Assembly (NCBI GenBank): GCA_973895155.1 | Contig: OZ316896.1 | Location: forward strand, 22,339,722 to 22,403,721 | From: Marsupella aquatica | Taxonomy: Eukaryota; Plantae; Marchantiophyta | Length of the DNA stretch: 64,000 nucleotides | Direction: 5' to 3' | Made by a program: the position numbers and the translations under genes | The notes under the pieces: generated by a model | Seen by the model: only the letters and a program-made list of their open reading frames with translations | The model's database searches: none | What the model was told of the DNA's origin: nothing | Part shown: positions 25,578-35,427 of the stretch, piece by piece | Numbering within the stretch: the stretch's first letter is position 1 | Layout: the number at the start of each line of letters is the position of its first letter

Positions 25578-25590
25578 TGGTATCAGAGCC
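25578..25590 (+). promoter_or_regulatory. Primer-binding site for initiator tRNA-Met
   Basis: TGGTATCAGAGCC immediately after the 5' LTR. Confidence 0.95.
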
Positions 25591-25629
25591 ACTAAAATCT
25601 CTGAAGTCTTGCTGATCTAGTTAGTCACC

Positions 25630-28600
25630 ATGTCGTCTTCAGATACTACGAAGATCTCCTTCTCAGATAGTGATAGACTCGTAGGAGCCCTGAATTACAT
25701 TATCTGGGCATTCCATGTCGAGCAAATACTCAGAGAGAAAGGATTGTGGTACATCGTCGATCCCCTTACCCCACTCAGCAGTAGTGGCAGCAGCGGACCA
25801 TTGCTACAGTGGCAGTGTCTCCTGCTCAATCTGGATCAACGACTGCTGGAAGCACTGGCGCTAGCAGTGGAGCTGCTACTGGAGCCGCTACTGGAGCCGC
25901 CACTAGAGCCACAGTCACCGCTACTCAAGCAGACATTCAGAGGGATAGAGAAAGGGTAATTATCATTTTTACCAAGACTATTTCTACGTCTATATTTCCG
26001 ATCATCTATAAGCTTCGTACTGATCCTGCCAAACTTTGGGTCACGTTAAAGAAGAAATTTGAGTTGACTGCTATCCAGCACAAGCTGGACCTCAAGACCT
26101 CTCTTATTGAGCTCCGCATGCACGAAGGCACACCAATCGAGGACTATCTTAAGCGTGTCAATCATCAGGTAATGGAGCTCGCGTCTATAGGGGAAGAGAT
26201 TCCTGATAAGGAACTCATCCAAATGGTGCTACGTAACCTTCCTGACAATTGGGCTGCGTTTAAGTTAGTCTATGGAGTAATGTACTCCAAGGATACACAG
26301 GCTACCTTTGCAGATCTTGAAGAATATCTGCAAGCAGAGGACTTCCGCCGTAAGCCCCGTGGGGAGAGCTTAGAGCACTCCTTACCGGCAACTCCAACTG
26401 AGCAGAGGCGTGACTTCAACAGAGGTCAAGGCCGTGGACGTGGCAGAACGAATAGGTGGACTCCAAGGCGTGATACTGCAAGGGCAGTTCCCAAAAAACG
26501 AGAGTGTAGCGCGCTGCAACTACTGCGGCAAGAGAGGCCATTGGGAGCCGGATTGCTTTGAGATGAACGCACACTCAGAGATGAAGTCTATGTCAGTTGC
26601 TCAGATGCGAGAATTAACCCACAGCATTCAGAGCATCAAAGGTACTGGCTCCAAATCCTATCTCGTTGTTCACGGTGACATTGGAGACAGCGACTCTGAG
26701 AAGAACGGCAGCGGCAGTGAAGGCCAAGCATCCGCTCTCACTATTGAGGCAATGCTTAGCAAGGTTGACATCCAAGGTACCACTAGTCAAAACTGGATCA
26801 TTGACAGGGGAGCCTCGACACACATTAGTCGCAATAAGGCTAGCTTTGGTGCACTAAGTAGTACCCCGTCCACGTCTGGTGTACTGAGCGCGAGTGGATC
26901 CAAGATGCCAATCCTTGGGTCTGGATGTATTCCCCTTTCACGCAATAAATCGATCACCGATGTTTTGTATGTGCCGAGTATCACTAGAAATCTTCTCTCA
27001 GTCGAAAAACTCACTGACCAGGGTCACTCATTTTTTTTCAATTCCTCAAACTGTTATGTATTAAATAGTCAACGACCATTCAAAGTCTGTCTTAAGGGCA
27101 CTCGCGACCCTGCAGCAAGCTCTACAACATTTGTCTACCTGATGTGGCCCTCAACGATGAGCATACTATACCAGTCAACAACAAGACCCAGCTTCACTCT
27201 ATTGTTCTATCTCAGTGCCACCTTGCTGAACCTCGACTCTCGACTCATCAACTCTGGCATCAACGCTTGGGCCACTCCAGCTCACAGCGCCTTGTTCACA
27301 TGACCCGGAATGAGCTCATCACGAGGGCTCCATGCTCTCCACCGATCAACACATTTGCGAGACATGTGTACAAGGCAAGCAGACCAGGAGTCGAATTCCG
27401 AAGGCAGCTACGACTCGGGCAACAAGGCCACTTGAACTCGTGCACTTTGGTCTTTGCGGACCACTACCTACAAAATCACTCACCGGAGCCAGGTACATTC
27501 TCTCTTTCACAGAGGACTACTCCAGATATACCTGGACCGTCTATGCCTTGAAGCTCAAAAGAGAAGCCTTAGAAAAATTTAAGATCTTTAAGCAGAGCGC
27601 CGAGGTCACACTTGGCCACAATCTAGCCTGCTTGCGTAGTGATAAAGGAGGAGAGTACATGTCAAACTTATTCCAATCCTTTTGTCATGACCACGGCATA
27701 GCTCGACAGCTCACTGTAGCTAGAACACCTCACCAAAATGGCGTAGCAGAAAGAAAAAATAGGACCCTCCTTGAAATAATTCAAACTCTCTCACTTGGGT
27801 CCAATGCTCCGTCCTATCTTTGGGAGGAAATTCTACGCACAGCTAACCACATCAACAATCGCTGCAGCACCCGGTCCCTTCTTCTATCCACACCATTTGA
27901 ATGCCTCCACTCTATTATACCTGATGTTGGCCACTTTCGCATCATCGGCAGTACAGCTTACGTTCATATCCCAAAAGAGCTTCGGAATAAACTCGGGGCC
28001 AAGTCAATTAAGTGTGGATACGATAACCAGAGCAAAGCCTACAAGTGCTTTGATCCGACAAACCGTCATATTATGATCTCTCGCGACGTCATCATCGACG
28101 AATCCACTCCTGGCAATTTTTCTTCTTCAGCTAGTACTCTCCCACGCGAAAGCCTTTTTGATCTTTGCTCCTTTTTTGATAGTCCTATGGACTCGGGCAG
28201 CACTACCCCTGCCATTGAATCTTTACCATCTCCACTTATGGACCTTAGCGGTCCTCTTGAAACACCCAAAGTTTCTCCTAGCATTTCTCCATCTGAGCCT
28301 GCGTCTACATCTCCTACTGCAACACAACCATCATCTCCACCACCACAGGTTCGCCGTGCTCGCCATTGGCCTCTTGAACGCACTCGACCTCCATCTGGAC
28401 GTGTCACCACTTTGCCATCTAAGTATGATGATTTTCACATGTCACTAACTACAGAGTATGTTGACGCATGCATCACACTCATTGCTGACTCTACCAATGA
28501 CATTCAACTAGGCGCAGCACTATCCGATCCAAGGTGGGTGGCGGCCATGCAACTCGAGCTCCTTGCTCATGAAAAGAATGGCACCTGGGATTTGGTCTCT

Positions 28601-30133
28601 CTTCCCCCGGGGGAGAAAGCACTATCTGCTCGATGGGTACTACGTGAGAAGATCGACCATACTGGCACCCCCAAATTCAAAGCTCGAGTAGTAGCAAGGG
28701 GCAATGAGCAACGTGAAGGTCTGGACTACGACGAAACATTTGCACCAGTGGTCAGATGGTCTACCGTCAGATTAATTGTAGCAATTGCTGCTGCACTCGG
28801 CTGGCCGTTACTGCACATGGATGTGGTAATTGCGTTTCTTAATAGCACTCTCAAAGAGCTTATTTACATGAAGCAACCACCTGGCTTTCTCGCTGCAGGA
28901 CAAGAAACCTTAGTCTATAGACTTTGAAGGTCCATTTATGGACTCAAGCAGAGCCCCAGAACTTGGTACGAGGAACTAGATGTCTATCTTAGATCAATTG
29001 GCTGCATCAGAAGTTCACTGGATCCCAATCTTTATTTTCAACACAACGAAGGCAAGATTGTCATCATAGTACTGTTTGTTGACGATCTACTTATTACTGG
29101 AAGCTGTCAACACAAGATCACAGATCTCAAGCTACAGCTACAATCCAAATACGAGATGAAGGATCTAGGCACAGTGCGACGTTATCTTGGCATCGACTTT
29201 CACCTCGCAAACAAAGGCATTCTCTTGCATCAACAGTTTTATGCCAACCAATTGATACATGAATCAGGAATGGATGATTGCAAACCTGCGTCTACACCTC
29301 TATCGGAAGGTCTAGAAGTATCTGCTGAGACTGGTACTCCTGAATTTGACGTCACTACTTACTGTCAACTCGTAGGCAAACTTATATACCTTACCAATAT
29401 TCGGCCAGATCTTTCTTTCTCTGTGGGATTAGTCAGCCGGTTCATGAGTCAACCACAACAAGCTCATTTCGATGTTGCCATGCACATAGTCCGCTACATC
29501 AAAGGTACCATGGACCTCGGTGTGTTTTATAAGAAAGGCGGATCACTCTCGATCCAAGGATACACTAATGCCGATTGGGGAAACTCATGCCCCGACACTC
29601 GATGGTCCACGGGGGGATATGTTCATAAACTTGCCATGGGGCCCATTGCCTGGAGCTCCAAATGTCAGCCTACTGTCTCTCGCTCCACTACTGAGGCCGA
29701 GTATCGAGCTCTCTCTGACGGCGCTCAGGAAGGTGTCTACCTGAAGCGACTAGTGGAAGAGTTACAACAGCACACTATTGGACCTGTCGATCTAGCAACA
29801 AACAGCCCTGACATTACTCAAGACCTGCTCAAGGCCTCCACTCCTACAACTCAAGACCTCCACATATTCTGCAATAACATGAGTGCTATTAAACTGGCTA
29901 AAAATCCGGTATTTCATGCTCGAACAAAACACCTTGAAATTCATCATCACTTCATAAGAGAGAGAGTATTGGAAGGCGAAGTTTCTATTCAGCATGTCAA
30001 ATCTGAGGACCAAGTAGCCGACATTCTTACCAAAGTACTTCCCAAAATTAAGTTCATCAAAAATCGGGACCAGCTGGGCATGAAATTCCTAACTCAGCTT
30101 AAATCCACTACAGCATCGTGTGTAATACGGTAG
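25630..30133 (+). pseudogene. Copia gag-pol with frameshifts and a premature stop
   Basis: Gag NYIIWAFHVEQIL..GLW; zinc knuckle CNYCGKRGHWEPDC; protease WIIDRGAS; LWHQRLGH; integrase LRSDKGGEY and PHQNGVAERKNR; RT FKARVVARG, YDETFAPV, GLKQSPR, FVDD; RNase H TEAEY, ADILTK. Frameshifts near 25800, 26480, 27110 and 27330; stop at 28925-28927. Confidence 0.95.
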
Positions 30134-30481
30134 GAAAATCGGCTACAAGAACTTTGGGTACTCGTGCTCCATGTTCACTCTCAAACTAGCGACTCGGGGG
30201 TCTCACTATATGGAGACCTCCCCATCACCTGCGACGTTTTTAGGCCCCGGACCCCCTAAAAATGTAAGAAAATATTTTTATTTTTTAACCCCTATAAAGT
30301 TTGGAATATTCCAAAAATTGGATTAAAAAGACCCTAATGTTCTTATAAGTATCAAAATTGAATTAGAAAGACCCTATTGTTCTTCTACAAAAAAATTTAA
30401 GTCTTCCCTTAGAACCAATAAAATGACCCTATCCTTTGTCGCACATGATATGTCAGTTTTGTGGAAGTGAAACCCCCGAGA

Positions 30482-30976
30482 CTAGCGAAGTCTGACACTA
30501 TTACGAACTATGTAAATCTCAGCCTCTTCCCTAGTTCTGAACGACTTGAATTTGTTCCCTCGGAACCCACTAACCAGTGGCTCCACCTCATCCCATGAGG
30601 TGTATATTCCGGGACGCCTACCCCTTGCAACAGCATAGTATCGGCGCGGTAGCTCCACTGAATTATCAGCCTGTAGCTCAGCATATGGCAATCTCATCTC
30701 ACGTCTCACTTCCGCCACATTCGACAGATTCTCAGCACTCCGGTCCTCCTCACGCAGACGACGTTCTTCCAGTACCACTGTTGCAACTGGCCTTTCGTCA
30801 TCTGGAAGCACTAGCCCTGGAGGCTGCGTTGGAGCCTCACCTTTGGACTCTTGTGAATTGCCATGGCGACACAACAGAGAATCATAGCAGAAGCGAGCTA
30901 CAATCAAAATGAAACCCAGCATCACAAGCAGCAAGTCCAGAACGGACTCTCGCAAGGAGACCACCTCTTGCACCAT
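30482..30976 (-). CDS. Retrotransposon-borne antisense ORF (164 aa from ATG): N-terminal hydrophobic helix plus C-terminal RNase H1 N-terminal hybrid-binding / caulimovirus viroplasmin (Cauli_VI) domain
   Basis: VLDLLLVMLGFILIVA is a putative TM helix. YYAVARGRRPGIYTSWDEVEPLVSGFRGNKFKSFRTREEAEIYI fits the HBD consensus (Y/F)YAVxxGRxxG(I/V)(Y/F)xxWxExxxxVxxFxxxxFKxFxTxEEA. Lies between the pol stop (30133) and the PPT. Confidence 0.85.
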   Translation of the reverse strand: MVQEVVSLRESVLDLLLVMLGFILIVARFCYDSLLCRHGNSQESKGEAPTQPPGLVLPDDERPVATVVLEERRLREEDRSAENLSNVAEVRREMRLPYAELQADNSVELPRRYYAVARGRRPGIYTSWDEVEPLVSGFRGNKFKSFRTREEAEIYIVRNSVRLR

Positions 30977-31063
30977 CACTCTGACTTACTTCCACTACCA
31001 TTGTTTTAAACTCCGCTGTAAAACAATATATACTTTCTGTGTGCTAGCTAGCAAGACACGGTC

Positions 31064-31075
31064 AAGGGGGGGGGG
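31064..31075 (+). promoter_or_regulatory. Polypurine tract
   Basis: AAGGGGGGGGGG directly before the 3' LTR. Confidence 0.92.
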
Positions 31076-31385
31076 TGTTGGAGATCAGGATAAAACAAAT
31101 CTATATTACCGTTCATCTTTCCCTTAGATCTCGCTGACTTCTTGATTAAATTAGCCAGCAACTTACCGCTGGCATTAGCTCCTGTTAATTAGCCAACGAC
31201 TTACCGTTAGCATTGGTACTGCGGCAAGGGCCGCTGGTCCTTGTCCTCCCTTCAGCTACCTCACTTATGGTGTCCCCTAAGATTACGGGCTCACCTAATT
31301 TATCGCTCAACTAGCGTAATCTCATTGTGTATATTACTCTTCCCTTTTGGGAACTTTATTCAAGCTTTCTATTGAAACTTCCACA
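31076..31385 (+). repeat. 3' LTR (310 bp)
   Basis: Direct repeat of 25268-25577, followed by the TSD TGTCA. Confidence 0.96.
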
Positions 31386-31501
31386 TGTCATAGATGTCTT
31401 GTTTCCTCTCCTCCCGGTCCGATGCTATCAATTCTTGAGCTCAACCTCGACGAGCTCCTGGCGAAATAGAACCAGATGACCCAGCTGAACTGAAGAGATG
31501 A

Positions 31502-32152
31502 GCACCCTGAGCAAAACACCCCTATTTTTTAGTGTGCTTTGAGGGGTGTTTTGATCAGTGTGCCCCTATTTTTTAGTCTTCAAAACTGGCTCCTGCTAAG
31601 TGTAGGTAACCATAATTAGCCCCAAGGGGTTTTATGGGATGTACTTCCCAATGAAGGTGATCCTGAGGGGCTTACACCCATGAACCCCAAGTGGCCATGG
31701 ATTAACAAGCATAATTCTCGAGTGTAGTTTACTCTATTTATGACCTGGAAATTCCACCTGAAATTGGGTAACCCTTCAGGTGGGCCAATCAGGGGGGGCT
31801 AAATCTCATAATTCCCAGCACAAACCCTGAGTGTAGTTTTACTCTATTTATGACCTGAAAACTGCACCTGAAATTGGCTAACCCTCCAGGTGGGCTAAAT
31901 TAAGGGAAAGGTGGGGGGGGAGGTGGTAATGGCTCATGTACAAGAGGAGTCTACGCGGCGGGTAACCTGCCTGGAGGGGTTATGGATTGGCATCCCCAGG
32001 ACAAGTGAGGGGGTCACAGCCATGGGTTAGGGTGCGGGGGGGTGGGGCGTTATGGCTCATGTACAAGAGGGGTCTACGTGGAGGGTAACCGGCCTGGAGG
32101 GGTTATGGGCTGGAATCCCCAGGACGAGCAAGGGGGTCACAGCCATGGGTTA
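31502..32152. repeat. Short hairpin followed by two pairs of direct repeats (G-rich)
   Basis: Hairpin GCACCCTGAGCAAAACACCCCT / AGGGGTGTTTTGATCAGTGTGC at 31502-31563. ~70-bp pair at ~31720 and ~31828. ~120-bp tandem pair at ~31910-32030 and ~32030-32152. Confidence 0.7.
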
Positions 32153-32509
32153 ATAAGCATAAACCCAGCACTTGTTTTCACTTAAAACATGAAATTTCTG
32201 ATTTGAGACTTGGAAAGACTGGCAGAGGATTATGAGACTTGGACATTTTCCACACCCAACCTGTATTATATGCAATCCAGCTCTTTCTTTTTGGCATAGT
32301 TTGTTTTCAAAATGTCTGTGGTGGGAAACCTTGCTGGCTGTTGGATTATGGTGTCATTTTTTTTAATCATGAGATGCACCTAAAGGTGCCATTATGCACC
32401 TTTTGTACATCCAACCCATCACTCCCCCCCCCCCGACTTGCACATTCCTTGAAATCCAATTGCCAGGCTGCCTTGCCAACTCTCATCAAGGTCAGACTGC
32501 CTAGCAATC

Positions 32510-33075
32510 TCACTTATGTTTGATTACACTTTCACTCTACATCAATTTCTATTGGCAATACACTTATGTTTGACAACACTTCAGTTCAATATCAATTATT
32601 ATGGACGATATACTTGTGCTCAACATCATTTACTCTTGACAATACATTTATGTTGAGAACACTCCCACTCAACATCAGTTACTATTGACAATACACTTAT
32701 GTTCAACATCAGTTACTATTGACAATATACTTATGTTTGATGACACCTCAGCTCAACATCAGTTACTATGGACAATACACTTATGCTTGAGACCACTTTA
32801 CTATGGACAATACACTTCCACTTCAGCTCAACATCAGTTACTATAAGCAATACAGTTGTGCTCAACATCACTTATTATTGATAATACATTTATGTTCCAC
32901 AGCACTTCAGCTACTATGGACAATACACTTATGCTAAACATCACTTACTATTGACAATACTCTTCTGCTCAACATTGATAATACACTTTTAGCCACTATG
33001 GACAATACACTTATGCTAAACATCACTTACCATTGACAATACATTTATGTTCCACAACACTTCACATCAGTTATC
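32510..33075 (+). repeat. Degenerate tandem array built from GACAATACACTTATG and CTCAACATC(A)GTTACTAT modules
   Basis: More than 10 imperfect copies; the same modules recur at ~34170-34300. Confidence 0.85.
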
Positions 33076-33109
33076 ATGTGGTATAGCCCAATGCCCGTGT
33101 GTTGCACAG

Positions 33110-33800
33110 AAGATGTCGAGGTGAGAAAAAGATGTTGAGATGAGAAAAGAATGTTGAGGTGAGAAAAATATGTTGAGGAGAGAAAAAGATACAACATGAG
33201 AAAAAGACGTTGAGGAGAGAAAAAGGTGCGAGGAGAGAAAAAGATTTTGAGGTGAGAGAAATATATCAAGGTGAGAAAAAGATGTCGAGGACAGAAAAAA
33301 GTTGTTGAGGTGAGAAAAAGAGGTCGAGGAGAGAAAAATATTTTGAGGTGAGAAAAGATGTCAAGCTAAGACAAAGATGTTGAGGAGAGAACAAAATTTG
33401 AGGTGAGGAAAAGATGTTGAGGAAAGAAAAAGATGTGGAGGCAAGGCAAATATATTGATTGAGGTGAGAAAGACAGGGAAAAAGATGTTCAGGCGAGAAA
33501 ACATGTTAAGGCCAAAAAGAGATGTCAAAGGAGGGCAAAGACATTGAGTTAAAAAATGATGTTGAGGCAAGAAAAAATATTGAGGCAAACAAAGATGTTG
33601 AGGCAAGAAAAGATGTCAAGACGCAAAAAAATGTTGAAGCAAGGCAAAGAAGTCAAGGTGAAGCAAGAAACTATAGGCTTTGCAAGGTATACATTGAGGC
33701 ATGTGATGTGTCATTGCAGGCAAGGCAAAATTGTTGAGGTGAGGCAAAGATGTTGAGGTAAGTTTAGACTCATGTTGAAGTGAGGTAAAAATGTTGAGCC
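33110..33800 (+). repeat. Degenerate purine-rich ~19-20 bp tandem array (GATGTTGAGGTGAGAAAAA)
   Basis: More than 20 imperfect copies. Confidence 0.85.
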
Positions 33801-34434
33801 GAGACAAAGAACTGTCATCCACCAAAGAAATGTAGACAATGCAAAGAAATGCAAGTAGGGCAAGAACGTTGTTTAAACATCTCAAATGTTATTGCGACCA
33901 TGTTGTCATTGTTGTGATAGCTATGTTGTTGAGGAGAGCAAGGATGTGGGAGGGTGAGAGGGAGTGCAAGAGAGGTGATGGCCCCTCACATAAGAATCAT
34001 GTCATGTACTCTGTATTCTACTATAATGAAAAGTATATCACTTGACACTCCTGGTCAATCAATCCAAGAATACACAAAAAAATTTAAAAAAATCTGAGGG
34101 TTGATTCCCTCCATTTTCAATTTTGTAAGGAGACTAATGAACTTTTTGGCTGCATTGCATATAATAGAAGTAGATGGACAGTACACTTATGCTTGAGACC
34201 ACCTGAGTAGAAGTAGATGGACATAGATGGACAGTACATTTACGCTTGAGACCACCTGACTATGGACACTACACTTCCACTCAACATCGGTTACTATCCA
34301 CCATAGTCATATATACACATGCTAGACTACATTTCCACTCACCAGCACTTTCTGTCGACAACAGTCTCCAACCCACACACGCATTGGGCTAGCGTGATGT
34401 ATAAATCAAGGAAGAGCCGTGTGAGACGGACACA

Positions 34435-34437
<3 letters not shown>

Positions 34438-34472
<35 letters not shown>

Positions 34473-34505
34473 GAGAGAAGAGAGCAGAGAAGATGAGAGA
34501 AGAGA
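34438..34505. repeat. (GA)n microsatellite and purine tract
   Basis: AGAGAGAGAG... run of about 25 bp decaying into GAG/GAAG units. Confidence 0.85.
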
Positions 34506-34678
34506 TATGCCAGGGCAGTGCAAGGCGGTGGTCAATGGCCGACGGAAGGATGTGAGTGGAATTTCCTCTTCGCGGAATTCCTGGGATTTTTGACCTGGAA
34601 TTTATGACCTGGAAACAGCCTTGCCTTTTCGCGGAATTCCTGGAATTCGCTACGAAAAGGCCTCAGCTCGCTTGCTAC

Positions 34679-35203
34679 GAAAAACGATTGCTGGGTTTGG
34701 AGTGTTTGTCAGGTTTCATTACCCTGATCTGTTGTTTCTTCTCGAGCTGCTGGAACGTAAGCTCTCTCTTGTTTAGTCAGTATCTATCACCACCAATCTC
34801 TCCAGCAGAAGTTAGTTTTGCACCACATTTGACGGATGAGGATGGAACACTCAAGAGAACTGGGATTGGTGTCAGGATGTGACCAAGGGCTTGTTTGAAA
34901 CTTTGGAGTGGCTCCTGGAGTCAGAACTAAAATCTTCAAAACAGCTGGCTAATAAATGCCCAATCGCTTCAAGTAACAATTGTTTTGAGAAATTGAAAGT
35001 AGTCACCAACAATTGTGGCCGAACCGGTAAGTTCAAACGTACTCTTTCGAACCATATCAACCTTGAATATGAGAGTCGCGTGAGCTCAATTCCCTCGTGT
35101 AGAATACTGCTATGAAGGGAGAAGATCTTTAGCGAGGTCCTGGCCAGCCATGAACAAGCTACATTATCAAGCTAGCTGCCACATGTTTAGCATTACATTG
35201 AAA
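34679..35203 (-). repeat. Right arm of the ~530-bp long inverted repeat
   Basis: Reverse complement of 24716-25255. Confidence 0.92.
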
Positions 35204-35427
35204 CCCTAAGTTCAAACGTACTCTCTCGAACCATATCAACCTTGAATATGAGAGTCGCGTGAGCTCAATTCCCTCGTGTAGAATACGCCCTCGTGTATGC
35301 GCCTCCTGCTGGTGCGCCCTCCTGAGTGCGCTGCTAGTGTGCAGCCGAGGAAGAGGACGAAGAGGAAGAGGAAGTCAAAAGTAAAGGGAGCGGTGAAGCT
35401 GGGGAGGATCAATAGTGCAGAAGAATA

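Larger units (their letters stand above)
25268..31385 (+). mobile_element. Full-length Ty1/copia LTR retrotransposon with decayed gag-pol and an extra antisense ORF
   Basis: TG...CA LTRs at 25268-25577 and 31076-31385. 5-bp TSD TGTCA at 25263-25267 and 31386-31390. PBS and PPT present. Domain order GAG-PR-IN-RT-RH. Confidence 0.97.

Noticed and set aside
30482-30976. Reading the extra copia ORF as an env-like gene or a full RNase H
   Set aside because: It is antisense, short, and has only the hybrid-binding domain, with no catalytic RNase H fold and no env-like size
32510-33885. ORFs and CRISPR-like periodicity in the arrays
   Set aside because: The ORFs are low-complexity translations of degenerate repeats, and there are no unique spacers
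34556-35115. ORFs within the inverted-repeat arms as a duplicated gene
   Set aside because: Frames are short and interrupted, with no recognisable protein family
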